A stretch of 15,899 bases of DNA, from IMG/VR virus record IMGVR_UViG_3300020050_014748. The stretch is one strand, 5' to 3'. Below, one piece after another: positions 15,167 through 15,899 of the stretch. The translations under genes and the position numbers were made by a program. The stretch is from a virus (Duplodnaviria > Heunggongvirae > Uroviricota > Caudoviricetes). A model generated the notes under the pieces. The model ran no database searches. It saw only the letters and a program-made list of their open reading frames with translations, and was not told where the DNA came from. How positions within the stretch are numbered: the stretch's first letter is position 1; each line of letters opens with the position of its first letter.

Positions 15167-15180
15167 AGTATACCATTAGT
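15167..15180 (-). promoter_or_regulatory. Extended -10 promoter ACTAATGGTATACT upstream of the 1004-aa gene
   Basis: TGnTATACT ending 10 nt before the ATG; 12/14 identical to 7918-7931. Confidence 0.6.
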
Positions 15181-15499
15181 TCGGCAATATAATATCTATT
15201 CCATTGATATATTTCTTTAAAGTATCAGCAGAAACGAACTCAACCTCCTTGTGACCCTTCCTAATCACAATCTCCCCCTTGTTAACATTAAACCCCTTAC
15301 TTGGCTTATACTGTTTAACATACAACTTACCTAACCCAGGCATATTAATATCCCTCCCTACCCTAAATTGATCAACAACAACCTTAAGTAATGCATAATA
15401 CACCATTCTCACAGAATCCTCCGGCATACCATTCGCCCTAATAGAAAGGTTTCTAAAAAACTCATCAGGACTTATAGAATTATTTTTTGATTTTAACAT
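15176..15499 (-). CDS. HU/IHF-family DNA-binding protein (about 107 aa; likely start ATG 15499)
   Basis: INMPGLGKLYVKQYKPSKGFNVNKGEIVIRKGHKEVEFVSADTLKKYIN aligns by eye with the HU signature V.l.GfG.F.v..r..R.GrNP.TGe.i.i.a.k.v.F.pg..LK..vN. The track start at 15526 is TTG. Confidence 0.85.
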   Translation of the reverse strand: MLKSKNNSISPDEFFRNLSIRANGMPEDSVRMVYYALLKVVVDQFRVGRDINMPGLGKLYVKQYKPSKGFNVNKGEIVIRKGHKEVEFVSADTLKKYINGIDIILPN

Positions 15500-15653
15500 C
15501 TTTTTTGGTATAATAGGTATTCCCAAATTCTTTTTTGATCTTTATACTCCTCTTTATCATCATCTCAGATAAATAAAACCTTCTGCATGTATCAGAGCAG
15601 AATTTCTTTGTCGATGAGCAAGTGCTTTTTTTACAATTAAGACACTGTTTCAT
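15480..15653 (-). CDS. Small Zn-finger protein (57 aa from ATG 15653; CxxC...FCSxxC treble-clef type)
   Basis: MKQCLNCKKSTCSSTKKFCSDTCRR. The track start at 15686 lies deeper inside the upstream HNH-like frame. Confidence 0.7.
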   Translation of the reverse strand: MKQCLNCKKSTCSSTKKFCSDTCRRFYLSEMMIKRSIKIKKEFGNTYYTKKDVKIKK

Positions 15654-15843
15654 CTTTTTTTCTATATTTATTTGCGTTTTCATCATTTTCGTATTTCTTT
15701 ATCCAATTACAATTAGCACACAAGAGTTGATATTTATTTTCTTGTGCTAAAAAACTCTTTTCAACAAGATTAAACCATTTATTATTCTTCGTTATACCCT
15801 TATCGCTTATCCCATAACCCTCAATCTTCAGCTTACGCGAGCT
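15637..15843 (-). pseudogene. Probable remnant (C-terminal half) of an HNH/His-Me finger endonuclease
   Basis: 68-codon open frame SSRKLKIEGYGISDKGITKNNKWFNLVEKSFLAQENKYQLLCANCNWIKKYENDENANKYRKKDETVS*, with the YQLLCANCNWIK motif but no usable ATG/GTG/TTG start, no N-terminal CxxC and no DH motif; in-frame TAG at 15844-15846. Confidence 0.55.
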
Positions 15844-15898
15844 CTATCACAGCTGTCATTTTTTGCACTACTTCGTGTATGGAGTTACCCGTGAAATA
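15833..15898 (-). CDS. 3' end of an upstream ORF cut by the window edge (...YFTGNSIHEVVQKMTAVIELA*)
   Basis: Only minus-strand frame open from the window edge; stops at TAA 15835-15833. Too short to confirm. Confidence 0.35.
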   Translation of the reverse strand, partial: YFTGNSIHEVVQKMTAVIELA

Positions 15899-15899
15899 C

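Larger units (their letters stand above)
1..15899 (-). mobile_element. Tailed bacteriophage or prophage DNA-packaging and head-morphogenesis region (podovirus-like)
   Basis: Co-oriented TerS-TerL-portal-scaffold-major capsid cluster plus a large internal-virion-type protein. No integrase, att site or host gene in the window, so free phage versus prophage cannot be decided. Confidence 0.95.

Noticed and set aside
404-15482. No TGA stop among the called genes (only TAA and TAG), hinting at stop-codon reassignment
   Set aside because: All genes are full-length under code 11, TAG clearly ends MCP and TerL at the expected lengths, no gene needs TGA readthrough, and the sample is small.
1-15899. 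CRISPR arrays, tRNA/rRNA genes, integrase/att sites, retron or DGR elements
   Set aside because: No regularly spaced repeats, cloverleaf-sized free spacers, recombinase or reverse transcriptase motifs were seen; the window is almost fully coding.

Overview
AT-rich window of a tailed-phage (or prophage) late region. All credible genes are on the minus strand. In transcription order (15899 to 1): a partial ORF, an HNH-like remnant, a small Cys-rich Zn-finger protein, an HU/IHF-like protein, a 1004-aa putative internal virion (ejection) protein, two hypotheticals, TerS, TerL interrupted by a 372-aa LAGLIDADG intein at Walker B, portal, a Dps/ferritin-like (DUF5856-type) protein, four small proteins (three Lys-rich; two are missed or mis-started in the ORF track), scaffold, SU10/DUF5309-type major capsid protein, a probable decoration protein, a hypothetical and a partial structural gene. 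No prohead protease is visible, which fits podovirus-like scaffold-driven assembly. Most notable observations: (i) four small proteins between portal and scaffold, including the Dps-like one, share a KK-x-[IV]-[IL]-x-K-[ASV]-[IVL] motif that could be a capsid-loading signal; (ii) a 14-nt ACTWATRSTATAMT promoter-like motif precedes three gene blocks; (iii) translation initiation is essentially Shine-Dalgarno-free, with one 26-nt leader duplicated exactly; (iv) long hairpins without U-tracts, two with GAAA loops, separate the genes downstream of the capsid gene. Family names come from motif recognition by eye, not from database searches.
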